This document shows, piece by piece, positions 22,910 to 33,380 of a stretch of DNA of 33,380 nt. Each line of letters begins with the position of its first letter. The stretch's first letter is position 1. The stretch covers positions 1-33,380 of the forward strand of contig JADIIX010000190.1 in NCBI GenBank assembly GCA_027604505.1. Direction: 5' to 3'. The translations under genes and the position numbers were made by a program. The notes beneath the pieces were generated by a model. It saw only the letters and a program-made list of their open reading frames with translations, searched no databases and was not told where the DNA came from. Origin of the DNA: Gonapodya sp. JEL0774 (lineage: Eukaryota).

Positions 22910-24357
22910 TTATGCTGAACCCTTGACCCTCACGGCCATGGCAACCTTTGCCCGGCAAACAGGACATCCTATGCCTTCGTACTGGAGCTTGGCAGCGCAC
23001 GCGTGGCAGAGCACGGCGTGACCGCATGGGACTAGGACAGAGTCGACCTGCAGGAACGGTCAGAAGGGGTGGTGTCAGACGAGCAAAAAGCGTAAATTGC
23101 CTCGAACCCAGTATCGGGGAAAGACGACAACCCACCTTGCTCGCGAAGCACACTTTGCAGTCCTCTTCGGCCGCAGCTGCCAACGGGGACATTGGTGTCT
23201 CCTCTGACACCGCATTTCCATGTGCTCCTGATCCTTTTCTACCATCCAGCCCCGCCGGTACCGCGAAACCACTGTTTGATCCACGAATGAGTGGTGACGT
23301 ATCTCCCGCGGCGTGAGATGATGCCGCATCGGACATTGAGCCGAGAGAGAAATTGGAGGTGGAACGAGTTTGGGGGGCGGATTTGGCATGGCCAGGGGTG
23401 GTTCGGTTGGGTGACTGAGGATATGAAAGTATCAGGGAAGGAATATTGCGCACAATCAGGGATCACAACGGCTGTTGCTGGGATAAATCTCGTACTCACG
23501 TCAGGTTGTGTCCCAGAGTTAACTGCTCCGGAGCTATCTGGTACTTGGAGCCCGTTTGATGTTTGCGGTGCGCCTTGAGGACTGCTGCTCCTTTCGTGTG
23601 CGGTGGCAGCAGCAAGTTCGGCGTTTCTCAGGGCCTGTTTATGGATAACCATGCCAAGGAGATCCGAGACCGACCAAAGTTCTCGTTGAGGTGCCTCAGT
23701 TCGTGCTGTCTCGAGAGCGAACTGCGGGTCGTAACCCATGTTTCTGAGCAGTTCAGCTACGACGAGAAGGGGTTGTGGAGTGTCCTGTATGATGAGGTGG
23801 GCGTTGGGGACAGTTTTAGGATCTGGCAACTCCCATTGTTGTTGGAAGGGGGTGAGTTGGGGAGCGTTGGCGCGAGAAGGTGAGCGGAGCCCACTCAAGG
23901 GATGCTGATTTGCTCGGGCGGCTGCTGTAGCCTCGCGAGCCTCGACAAACTGGACGTTGGGAATAGGCGAAAGTGGAGACACGGAAGTATTTTGGGTGGA
24001 GAGCTCGAGATTGCTCTCCCCCGAGATGTACGATACAGCAGTTTCGACGGTGATGGGGTACCCGTTGAGCTCGAGAGCCTTGAAGGCGTTCGCGACAGTG
24101 ACAGCATCGTATCCTAGTTCCCGAGTAAGACGAGAGTAGACCGCATCGGACGGGGGAGGAGGCTGATTCGAGCCTCCGTTCCCGATGGGGGACAATGGCA
24201 TGGGTGAGCCGGGAGGCAGTGGTGACATGGGTCCAGGAAACGAAGGGCCGACCGGCGTAAAATTTCCATTAAGAGTGGGTTCATCATGGTCGTATCCTCG
24301 CCGCGGGAAATCTGCCCCGTCATCAAACTCCTCCTCTCGCGAAGCACAGCCTCCCAT
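22910..24357 (-). CDS. RING-HC (C3HC4) E3 ligase-like protein with N-terminal MGGC acylation motif; three coding exons
   Basis: Spliced C-terminal RING: CKVCFASKVDSVLVPCGHAVLCHACAAKLQYEGIGCPVCR. Start MGGCAS. Two short helical segments (ELGYD..., LRNMGYD...) look UBA-like. Confidence 0.8.
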
Positions 24358-25181
24358 TTCCAACGTGAGTGAGTGGGGGCCGCGATGAGCAAGGTGCGGA
24401 TGCTGTAAACAACTGTAAACAACTTTGGCACTACGAGCGCTACAAGGTGAATAATCCATAGTAATATGACCGAGGGAGATGACATCGACGAATGACAGTG
24501 AGCAAGGGCTGAACTTTTGCAACCAGAGCTGTGAAGAGGGGTAAACTCACCGGTCAGAATATTTTTCAGAACTTGCGAGTGATGTATGCCAGTTGCGACT
24601 CTTTCTGTTCGGTTTCGAGTGGTTTTCTGTGATTTCGGTGTGTCTGAGTTGTCGGGGTCCTTTGGTTCTTGGCCGATCAAAGTTGCGGCATGTGCTTCAT
24701 ATATATATAATAAACCTCAGGGAAGATTGGCCCTTTGCTTCAACTCCAACAAAAGGCGCTCAGCTTCGTATTTGCACTCACAAAACCTTCCTACGGTCTA
24801 ACTGAGTCTGTGGAGGGCACGACCGCCAACCGACAAGTAAAGCGGCCGGGAGACAACGAATAACGGTTAAGCTTCAGTGTCTAGTTTGTGCCATACTACA
24901 CTCTTTTTATGGACAACTGTAATTCCTTCATCTCGAAAGAAGCACCAGAAAAGAGCAGTCAAGTTGTGCACACTGGTGACTCCAGAACTCATCATGATGG
25001 TTGTGCGCCCGATGGACAAAAATCAAGTTCTCCCCCCCGCAATGACTCCAGCCCTTCGCTCGATCCGTCTCGAAGCACGATTTCACTTTTTTCATGATGA
25101 AGTTCTCATCTTGTTACTGTTCATGTCAACATGCATAAACTACACGTATTCATGTGGTTGAAGGCTGACCGACCTTCCTCA

Positions 25182-27712
25182 TTACTTCTTGGTCGCCACA
25201 TCATCGTCCAAGTGAGGATCCAGTGTTGCACTCCGCTGCACAGGCTGGGGATTCGATTTGTCAGCAGGAGTCTTCGACTTTGGGTCGGTGGTTATCAACG
25301 AGGGCTTTCGGGAAGGATTCCCATTAGTATCTGGCGCCATCCACGACGGCTTTCGAGTTTGTGTTGATGCAACACGTTGAATTGAGACTCCATCTGTACT
25401 GGGCCTCTCTATATTTGGAACCCCAGATTGGCGTTTAAACACTTCGAATGACGGTGAGATTTGTGGAAGCAAAATTGTGAAAATATGGTGCTTCAATCTG
25501 TACTTACAGTAGTGAAGCTGTTCTTTGAGAAATTGCTTCTCTGGAGTCACCAGAAGACGGTACTTGACATGGAGGACATAGTATGGAATGCAAACGGCAA
25601 TATGGGCAGCAAATACAATGATCGTTAGACGCGTGTAGGGCTAGTACACAAATTCAAATAAACATTTCGATTGAGGGAATGACGAGGACAAATCGAACCT
25701 GAAATATAAGCATGCTGATGACGCACAAAAACGTTGTGACTCCGGAAAAAATACCGCCAGCAAGACCTAAAGGTGACTGAATGCGTCTATGAGAACAACC
25801 ACGATATGACGAAAACACATTCATCAATCAGCTATCTCCAAGTACTGCGTACTTTGCTCGGACGCGGCAGATTCGGCATCGAATAAAACAGCCTGCAATA
25901 AACAATCGCCTTGATGAGATTCCCAAGTTGTTCGTACACGATGACCAGAAATGTCAGAATCAACATCGCGTCTTGGTCGGTGCTCAAGTAAACGATCACG
26001 GCGACCAAAAAGACGGGGACGGACGAGGCAAGCTGTGCGTTGGCCGGGGATCCCGTTTTGGAAATTGTGAGAGACAGAAATTGCGGTAGATAGCCACCAC
26101 GACTGTTTGAGTAGACCAAGCGTCCGAGAGTGTAGGTTGCTCCCATCAAGCATCCACAGAGTGGCCAGAGTCGTGCGAGGGTCAGGAGTGTCTGCAAAGT
26201 TGCGTCCGACTCCGTGATAGCCAATGCGGCTGTAATGTTGTCGACTAGAGGATTGGATGAGGTCGAAATGGAAAGGATGCCTGGAGCTGCGCTCGGGGAG
26301 CTGGAAGAAGGTGTCGAGTCTTGAAAAGTTAAGAACAATCGCTATCATCCCAGAGCACTCACACAACAATACATAGAATTCCTCCGATGAGTATCGTGAA
26401 CATGAACCCATGAGAAGATCTCGAGATTGCTCGGGGTATCTCGATCGCCTCCTCAGCGCAGTGAGGAAGGCACTCGATGCCAGTGTAAAACCCTTCATCG
26501 ACACGGTCAGAATCCATAAAAATATGTTTGAGATTTGAGATTTGCCTTCGCAGGCTCCAGAAAAGAACGTTTTACAGGTATAACTCACAGGTTGCAATTA
26601 CAAGTCCCGCAATGACTCCGGAAAATTTAAAGGTAGTTTCCAGTCCACCGCCGAACCCTGCCGCTTCAATGTCTCCCTCGAGTAAGCCACCATTTACTAC
26701 ATTTGCTTGGAAATCGACATGCGTTACTGTCTGCGAGAGATCAGGGGATTAGATGTTATCAGGATCGCAACGACCAACACCAACACACCACCGCGAGCCA
26801 AGCCACCATTAAGAGCAAGGTTCCAAAAGTGTTTATTGCCATGAAGCGAAAGAACCACTTTACTGGCATCATGAGGAGACCGTTTGCGATGAGAATTGCA
26901 ACGATGTAATAACACGGCGCTACGTTCGCAGGTGTTCCGAAGAGAGATGTGAGAAAGTAGCCAATAACAATGTGTAGCTAGCGACAGTGTTAATTCTCAA
27001 TTAATATGTCTTTTTATTCCAAACGGTCTAGTCTGAAACTCACCTGGCCGACGCTGAGCACCCAATATGCAATGTCCTAGAAAGTGCACACACCAAATGT
27101 GATATACTCAGGCAAGAACTCCCATCAATTGGTGCTGATAGTTGCCACTTACTAACTGTCCCGTGATCATTCCTCCCACCGATCCGAAGGCGGCAGAAGC
27201 CCAGGTTGTGGGGCCCCCCACAAACGGAAGCGCACTCGTCAACTCCGCCCAACACAGAAGCGAGCACCAAAAAGATGCGGTCATGATGAGAAACGAAAGG
27301 AGAAATGAACCCCACCCGTATTCAAGACCCTAGATGTTTCGCTAGCTCAACTTAAAGCGAGTTTGACCAGTGATCCCTCAACCCGAGAACGTACATAGTT
27401 CCACGACACAAAGAACCCACTGATAACCACTCCGGTACCAAAACAGTAGAGGTCAAAAGAATTGGCAACCTTCTCTCCGAGTCTCCTCTTCTCCACAAAG
27501 TCGTCAGAGACAACATGTGCCTTTCCATCCCCTAGCCACCACGAAATCTGATCTGTAATGCCACTCAGGCCCTTTCGCCTGGTCATAAGAAGTGTGGTTC
27601 CAGCCTGGCGATTTCTGTTCAACGTTTCATCCCCGATGGACGCAGTGACACCACTTTCATTTCGTCCGGGGCCGGCTGAGTCGATCTGAGTTGATGGATA
27701 CAGTGGCTTCAT
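25182..27712 (-). CDS. APC-superfamily amino acid/amine permease, ethanolamine permease (Eat)-like, copy 1; about 10 exons
   Basis: GVVISGFFVSWNYGLEYG, AELTSALPFVGGPTTWASAAFG, WFYTGIECLPHCAEEA, GRLVYSNSRGGYLPQFLS and PNLPRPSKSPLG. Many hydrophobic segments. The reading frame is intact when spliced. Confidence 0.85.
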
Positions 27713-28542
27713 TTGTGATTGGTAAGCTTGATTCTGGAAGATTTGAAGAGCTTAACGTTGGGAAAGATCACCAATCCTCGGATCGGCGCTTAGCACGAGC
27801 TCTGAGCTGTAACTGGTTGCTTATGGATGTCGTCCGCTTGGTTAGTTGAGGACACCTGCCTACCTCAGGTGATAATCGGATCAGTGATCAGGCGCAGAAG
27901 GCCAGAAAGTTCTCCTGTCAACCTTTCTCATATTGTATTATTGAACACCACATGAATTGTTAAGGAATGGGAAGCAAAGAAAGCTTCTAAGCCGAGTGGT
28001 CTCCTACAGGAGCTGGGGTAGAGCCGGTGCCTGTTTCCTGCGACCGACGGGTCATGATTTATGTAAAGTTGGTCCCATCTCCCATTAGTCATCACTCTAC
28101 CCGGGTAGTTAGAGGTCTCTTCATTGTTGGGTAAGATAACGTGACATCCGGGCTCGACCCCAGCCGTATAGACTGGTGGGCGTTCCATCTGAATCCTTTT
28201 GCGAGGCCGGAGCGAGAACCTAAGGTGGTCCAATTACTAACCAAACTACAGACTGTTGAAAGAAGGCACGTCTGTCATTCTTTTTTCATAGGCCGTACGC
28301 GGTTCGGTAATCCATGTTGTCATAAGTGTATTCGATTTGTCGTTTACAGGTCAACTCGCAAACCAGAAGCAAATAGATAATTAAGGGTCTTGACTGAATA
28401 ACTCAACACACGCCGCAAGATGCTAAATTATTTATAGGTAAGTTCATTGGTTGGTCCATGTCCATGCAAGAAGACCTCGACACAACGCGACCGAGGAAGC
28501 ACTTTCCTCTCACCCGTCGTCAGTACCTCTTTTCTTTCCGTA

Positions 28543-31094
28543 TTACTCTTTACCATTTCCACTCCTGGAATGATCAAACGCTCTAGTCTGCTTTATTCTC
28601 AGATCATTCGGGATGTCGACTTTTTTTTTTGATGTGGAATTACGGTGCGGTTCGGAAGCCGTCTCTGACAATTTCCTGTCGTCTGGCACTGAGCTAGGCC
28701 CTCTGTCCTCGTTCGGGATTGATCTCGGTGCGTTGCCGCTGATCGCTAACGATGACAACGTTTGGAGGTTGAACACTGTTTCGGACGGCAGTGGGAAGAT
28801 GGTGCTCTGACGGGAGAAGAGACACGGAAAAGCTTAAGAGTCACTCACAATATCCAATCTGCTCTTTGAGAAACTGCTTTTCGGGCGTGAGCAGAAGAGT
28901 CTGCTTCACATGGAACACATAGTAAGGTACGCAAACCGCAATGTGGGCGGCGAATATGATTATCGTGAGGCGTGTATAGGGCTAGCAGCAACGTTGAGAA
29001 AGGGATGTTGTTTCTCTTTCCTTCTGCACGCTGAGATCAGACAGTGGTGATGCGGATCTTACCTGAAATATTAACATGCTCAGGACACAGGTCACGGTGC
29101 TGACGACAGCGAAAATTCCTCCTGGGAGACCAAAAGGCGACTGAAAAGAAAATTGGTTTGATTCACATTTATTTGAGCATTCTGATTGAGCACTATCATG
29201 TTCCCACCTTGTACGGCCGGGGAAGAATTGGCATCGTCCGTTTCAACCGGCAATAAATTACCGCTTTGCTGAGATTTCCAAGCTGCTCATAAACAATGAT
29301 CAACATTACTAGGATGGTCAATGCCTCAGGGTTATTGCTGAAGCTGAGAGTGAGCATGATGAGGAACCCGGCGACCGACGACGCCAGGTGAGCGATGGCG
29401 GGTGAGCCGGTTCTGGCCATCGTAAGTGAAAGAGCTTGTGGCAGATATCCGGCCCGGCTGTTTGCGTAGATGACCCGTCCAAGTGTGTACGTGGACGCCA
29501 CGATGCTGCCGAATACTGGCCAGATGGATAAGACAAGTGTCCATGTGTTTGATGACGACTGCGACGATGCAAGTGCCGAAACGATGTTATCTACGAGTGG
29601 GCTGTCCGACGAGGATAGTGCAAAGATACCAGGAGCTGCACTTGGAGAGCTTAGATATGAAATGAAGATTGGATTGAGTAAAGTGATTGTGCGCACACGT
29701 GTATACAAATGATCCCTGCGTACCCACACAACAATACACAGACCTCCCCAGACAAAGATCGTCAGCATGAGCCAGTTGTATGACCTCGGAATTGCCTTGG
29801 GTATGTCGATAGCCTCTTCGGCACAATGAGGAAGACTTTCGATTGCTGAAAAGAACCCTGAACGCAGCAACATCGTCAAGTATAGTGGTGGGCCAAGGAA
29901 TACCTAAAGCTGAGCTGAATCTAAAACTTACAGACCGCAGTGACAAGTCCGGCGACGATTCCAGACAAGTGAAATGTCGATTCCACACCACCACCGAACC
30001 CCGCCGCTTCGATTTCCGCTTCGGGGAGGCCGCCATTCACGATGTTGGCTTGGAAGTCGAAATTCGGTACGGTCTACCAAGATTCTCCGTGTTTGTTGGG
30101 GGTTCTCCGAAGCTACCGAGTGGGATACCTCACCCGCATCAGGCGGCACTCACCACGGCGAACCAACCCACCAGCAGGAGCAACGTACCCCACGAGCTGA
30201 TCGCGACAAGGCGGAACACCCACTTCACCGGCGCCATGAGAAGCACGTTTGCGAGTGTCGCAGCCACGATCCAGAAAATTGGATGGAGGTTTGGTTGAGT
30301 GGCGAGGAGCGATCCCAAGAGCCATCCAATGGCAGAGTACAACTGATGGGAGAGTGAGGGTTTGAAAGCATCAGATATTTCTCCAATGTTTTCCCACTGA
30401 GGGCGAGATCTCCAATCACCTGGACCAGAATAAGCGTCCAAAATACAATATCCTGCAGGAGAGGGAACTCGGCAGTGAGACACCGACTGATTCTCCCAAA
30501 TACTCTCCGAGACGGTGCAACTCATTCTGCCGCAACCCAACCCATGAACCACAACTGACCAGCTGTCCCGCGATCATCCCCCCCACCGACCCAAAAGCTA
30601 CGGTCGCCCACGTTGTCTGCCCGCCTACAAACGGGAGCGCACTGGTCAACTCCGCCCAGCACAGTACCGACGACCAGATCGACGCGCTCATGATGAGAAA
30701 CGAGATGAGGTAAGAGCCCCACCCATAAGCCAGGCCCTAGAGAAACAAGCGTGATACGTTCGGCACAAAAAGCGTCCCGTCGTTGTGTCTACAACCACAC
30801 GTTGAAACGCACATAGTTCCACGACGTCACAAATCCACAGAGGACCATACCCATACCAAAGCTATAGATATCAAACGTCGTAGCGACCTTTTCCCCGAGT
30901 CTCCTCCGTGTGACAAAGTCCTCCGAGACCACGTGTGCCCGGCCCTCCCCGAGCCACGACGAAATCCGGTCGACAAGGCCACCAAAACCACCTCGCTTCT
31001 TCTGGATCGGTCTTTGAGTTTGTCCAGCGATGGGCCTGGGCGAGACATTCGTAGCCTTGGATTCAGCAGTCGGCTCTCGCACTGCTGTCACCAT
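28543..31094 (-). CDS. APC-superfamily amino acid/amine permease, Eat-like, copy 2 (tandem paralogue)
   Basis: Same motifs (AELTSALPFVGGQTTW, WFFSAIESLPHCAEEA, GRVIYANSRAGYLPQALS, PILPRPYKSPFG), and introns at equivalent positions to copy 1 where I traced them. Confidence 0.85.
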
Positions 31095-31903
31095 CACAGT
31101 TGGTCGAGATCACTCGATCGGTAGTCGGTGATAGTCCAGACGGAAACTTGGCGAGTAGTAGGGACAAGTACTGGAACAAACTTTTGTCTCTGGATGACTT
31201 GTGCGATCGACAGCTGGCTATGAGGGCACCCGTGAGGTTCCTCCAGGTGTGAAGTTTCGCAGTAGCTTCGCAGGTCCCAGATCCGCTCACGAAATGCAAC
31301 GCTAATCGATCAACACATCAACACAAGAGATTCGCATACATCTTTTTGCTCGAAAGAAAATGTTTCCGCGTGGAGTACGAGTTTCTCTGCTTTCGATGGA
31401 ACGTGGGTTGGCGGCCTTGGATGTGGAGGGGTGAACAGACATTTCTTCGCAGGCCAGGCAGCCCAATTGCCACGCATAGCAAGGAATCCAGCGAACAACT
31501 CTCCAATTTATTCCAAGTCATTTAGTACAGTCTTCCGATAGCCGGAGCACAAAACACAGTGCCTGCCGTGGGGACTGACCTGCACCCACAGCTGGAATCC
31601 GGGTGGAACGCGCGACGTTCAGAGACACGTCACCGTGCCCTACAAATTCTCACCAGTCGAATATTCAAATCTAGTTTATTACTTTTTTTGGTTTCGTCTT
31701 TAATGCGACAAGTTCGATCACCAAACCGTTCAGACCGTCGGGTCCCCACACATGTGGGTGGGACCCCGTACCGTTCGTTACGCACCATCACATCACCCGA
31801 CCATCCTCCCCTACCCACTCCCACTCCCACACGCCCCCGCTCCTCCCCCCGCACCGTCCCCGTACCCGCCGTCCACCCATCCCACCGCGACCTCGCCGCC
31901 CCC

Positions 31904-32605
31904 TCACGCCGCTCCTTCTTCACGGACCTGTTCGGATCGGATAGGGGGGGCGGTGAGCGATCGCAAGGCCGGGTCCCGGTGTGAGAGGGTGGTGATCGGA
32001 GTTGGTCACAACCGCGGCGTGGCGCGTGGCAAAAGCGGACGGGCGGGGGGAGCGGGGGGGAGGGGGGAGGGTTGGAGTGTTGGAGGCAGAGGCCCCAGCA
32101 AGGTGCCGGGCGGGGAAGGGGAACCAAGGTGATGGTGACGGTGACGCGGGGAGGAAGAGAGCGCGCGGTGTGCGGTGTGCGGTGTGTGGAGTGAGAAGAG
32201 TGGGGGAACGAACGAGGTGAGCAGTGTGTGGCACGCTGGGTACAGAGCCGGAGCACCGAGCACCGAGCACCGACCACGAGGGCCGTAAAAGGCGGGTCCC
32301 ACCAGCCGTTGTCGCCGGTGCGCACAAACAAGCGGCGCCGTGCTTGCCCGGATCCCCATCTGCCCAGTTCTCCACCTTCCCACGCCCGACCACCGCCACC
32401 ACCGCCACCGTCCCCCTTGCCCCCCCCTCCCTCCCCCCACCCCCACCCTCCACCCCCCGGCCCAACCCACGATAATCTTCCCGTCCAACCTCTTGATCTG
32501 GGCAAACTTCTTGGCCATCTCGTCCCTGTAGTTCCCGTCCGCGGTCATCTTCTCCTCCAGTGGGTTCCCGCACAGAACCACGTCTTCCAAGAGGGGGAGG
32601 GAGGA
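31904..32605 (-). CDS. DNAL1: 3' end of axonemal dynein light chain 1 (LC1, LRR protein); exons 32605-32471 and 31927-31904; upstream exons not found in the window
   Basis: SSLPLLEDVVLCGNPLEEKMTADGNYRDEMAKKFAQIKRLDGKII matches the LC1/DNAL1 C-terminal LRR cap (L..L.D..F.GNPLEEK...KKLDG). A 543-nt GT-AG intron leads to VREEGAA-stop. Confidence 0.75.
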
Positions 32606-33011
32606 CTTGTTTTGGGGGGGGGATGGGACGGGAGGGGTAGAAAGAGGCGCGATGAGTGGGGTGGTTGGGTGGTGGGTTGAGAGGACGGGGGCACGGTAGA
32701 GGAGGTGGAGTTGGCGGGGGGAGCGTACGTGGACTCGGCCCCACCCGGCACCTACCCGTCCCCGTTTTTCTCTCTTACAACGTTGTTGTGTCCTTGCACT
32801 CTCCGTTGCACTCACTGCACCGGGCGCACGCGCACGTGGTTCCTGTTCTTCCCTGGGCTCTCCCCCTATGGCCTTCTCGCCTTCTCGCCTTCCCGCCGTC
32901 TCGCCTCTCCACGTCTCCATCCACCACGCGTTTCGGACCCCCGACGTCCAGCACCTCCGGCCATCAAATCCCTAGCTCCAAACCGCCACACCCAAAAACC
33001 CCCCAACACAG

Positions 33012-33260
33012 CGCCCCCGCCGGGGCCCCCGCCCGGCGCCCCCCCTCCCCCCTCAACCCCACCACACCCCCACCCGCACCCCCACCCCCACTCGCACCCC
33101 CTCCACGACCACCACTCCCTGGGGCCCCCGGTCTCCACCGCCGCCGCTGTCCAGGGGCTCATGGCCGGCTCGCTCCACGTGCCCGGCGTGACGGGACCGG
33201 GGTACAAGCAGTGGTCCGCGAAGAGTGGCAAGCTCATCGCGGATTTGTTGATGGTGGCGG
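33012..33260 (+). CDS. Probable internal exon of a + strand gene continuing past the window; weak resemblance to TRAPPII subunit Trs120/TRAPPC9
   Basis: CAG acceptor ending 33011, open frame PPPGPPPG...HPHPHPH...GYKQWSAKSGKLIADLLMVA(G), GTGAGT donor at 33261, and an intron with a CTGAC branch-like motif ending TTCCAG at 33379. KLIADLLMVAG recalls the K..[AG]D..L.AG motif of Trs120 (from memory only). Confidence 0.45.
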
Positions 33261-33380
33261 GTGAGTTTTTTTTTGGGGTGTGGGGGGGGTGGGGGGGTCG
33301 AGCATTGATACTGCGGTACCGACTCGTGTGCACCACACACATACTGACTCGGACCTGTTTTCTGGTCTGGTACTTCCAGG

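Noticed and set aside
25824..26597. Apparent frameshifts in the permease genes suggesting pseudogenes
   Set aside because: All frame changes are resolved by GT-AG introns at equivalent positions in both paralogues.
31559..32920. Multiple 100-300 aa ORFs on both strands at the right end
   Set aside because: Low-complexity G/C-run artefacts; only the 45-codon DNAL1-like exon and its short terminal exon are supported.

Overview
Gene-dense, intron-rich eukaryotic DNA, most likely from a flagellated (zoosporic) fungus. This is an inference from fungal-type Esa1, Rvs161, Ego1/LAMTOR1 and CCDC174 homologues occurring together with an axonemal dynein light chain. The ORF track fragments most genes, so I rebuilt models by hand from GT-AG introns and family motifs. 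In order: a MYST acetyltransferase (ESA1, +), a degenerate riboflavin-synthase-like protein (+), a secreted MTA/SAH-nucleosidase-like protein (-), CCDC174-like (-), LAMTOR1/Ego1-like (-), an HSL-family alpha/beta hydrolase (+), a bacterial-type class II glutamine amidotransferase (-), a mitochondrial carrier (-), an Rvs161-like N-BAR protein (+), a putatively myristoylated RING E3 (-), two tandem ethanolamine-permease-like APC transporters (-), the 3' end of DNAL1 (-) and one orphan + strand exon at the right edge. Both window ends are extremely GC-rich and strand-skewed, with introns bracketed by G tracts and C tracts. No rRNA, tRNA, CRISPR array or recognisable transposon was seen. Best leads: the riboflavin-synthase pseudoenzyme, the apparently bacteria-derived genes, the G/C-bracketed introns, a duplicated splice acceptor, and two back-to-back genes that both lack their 5' halves. 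All family calls come from motif recognition by eye, not from database searches.
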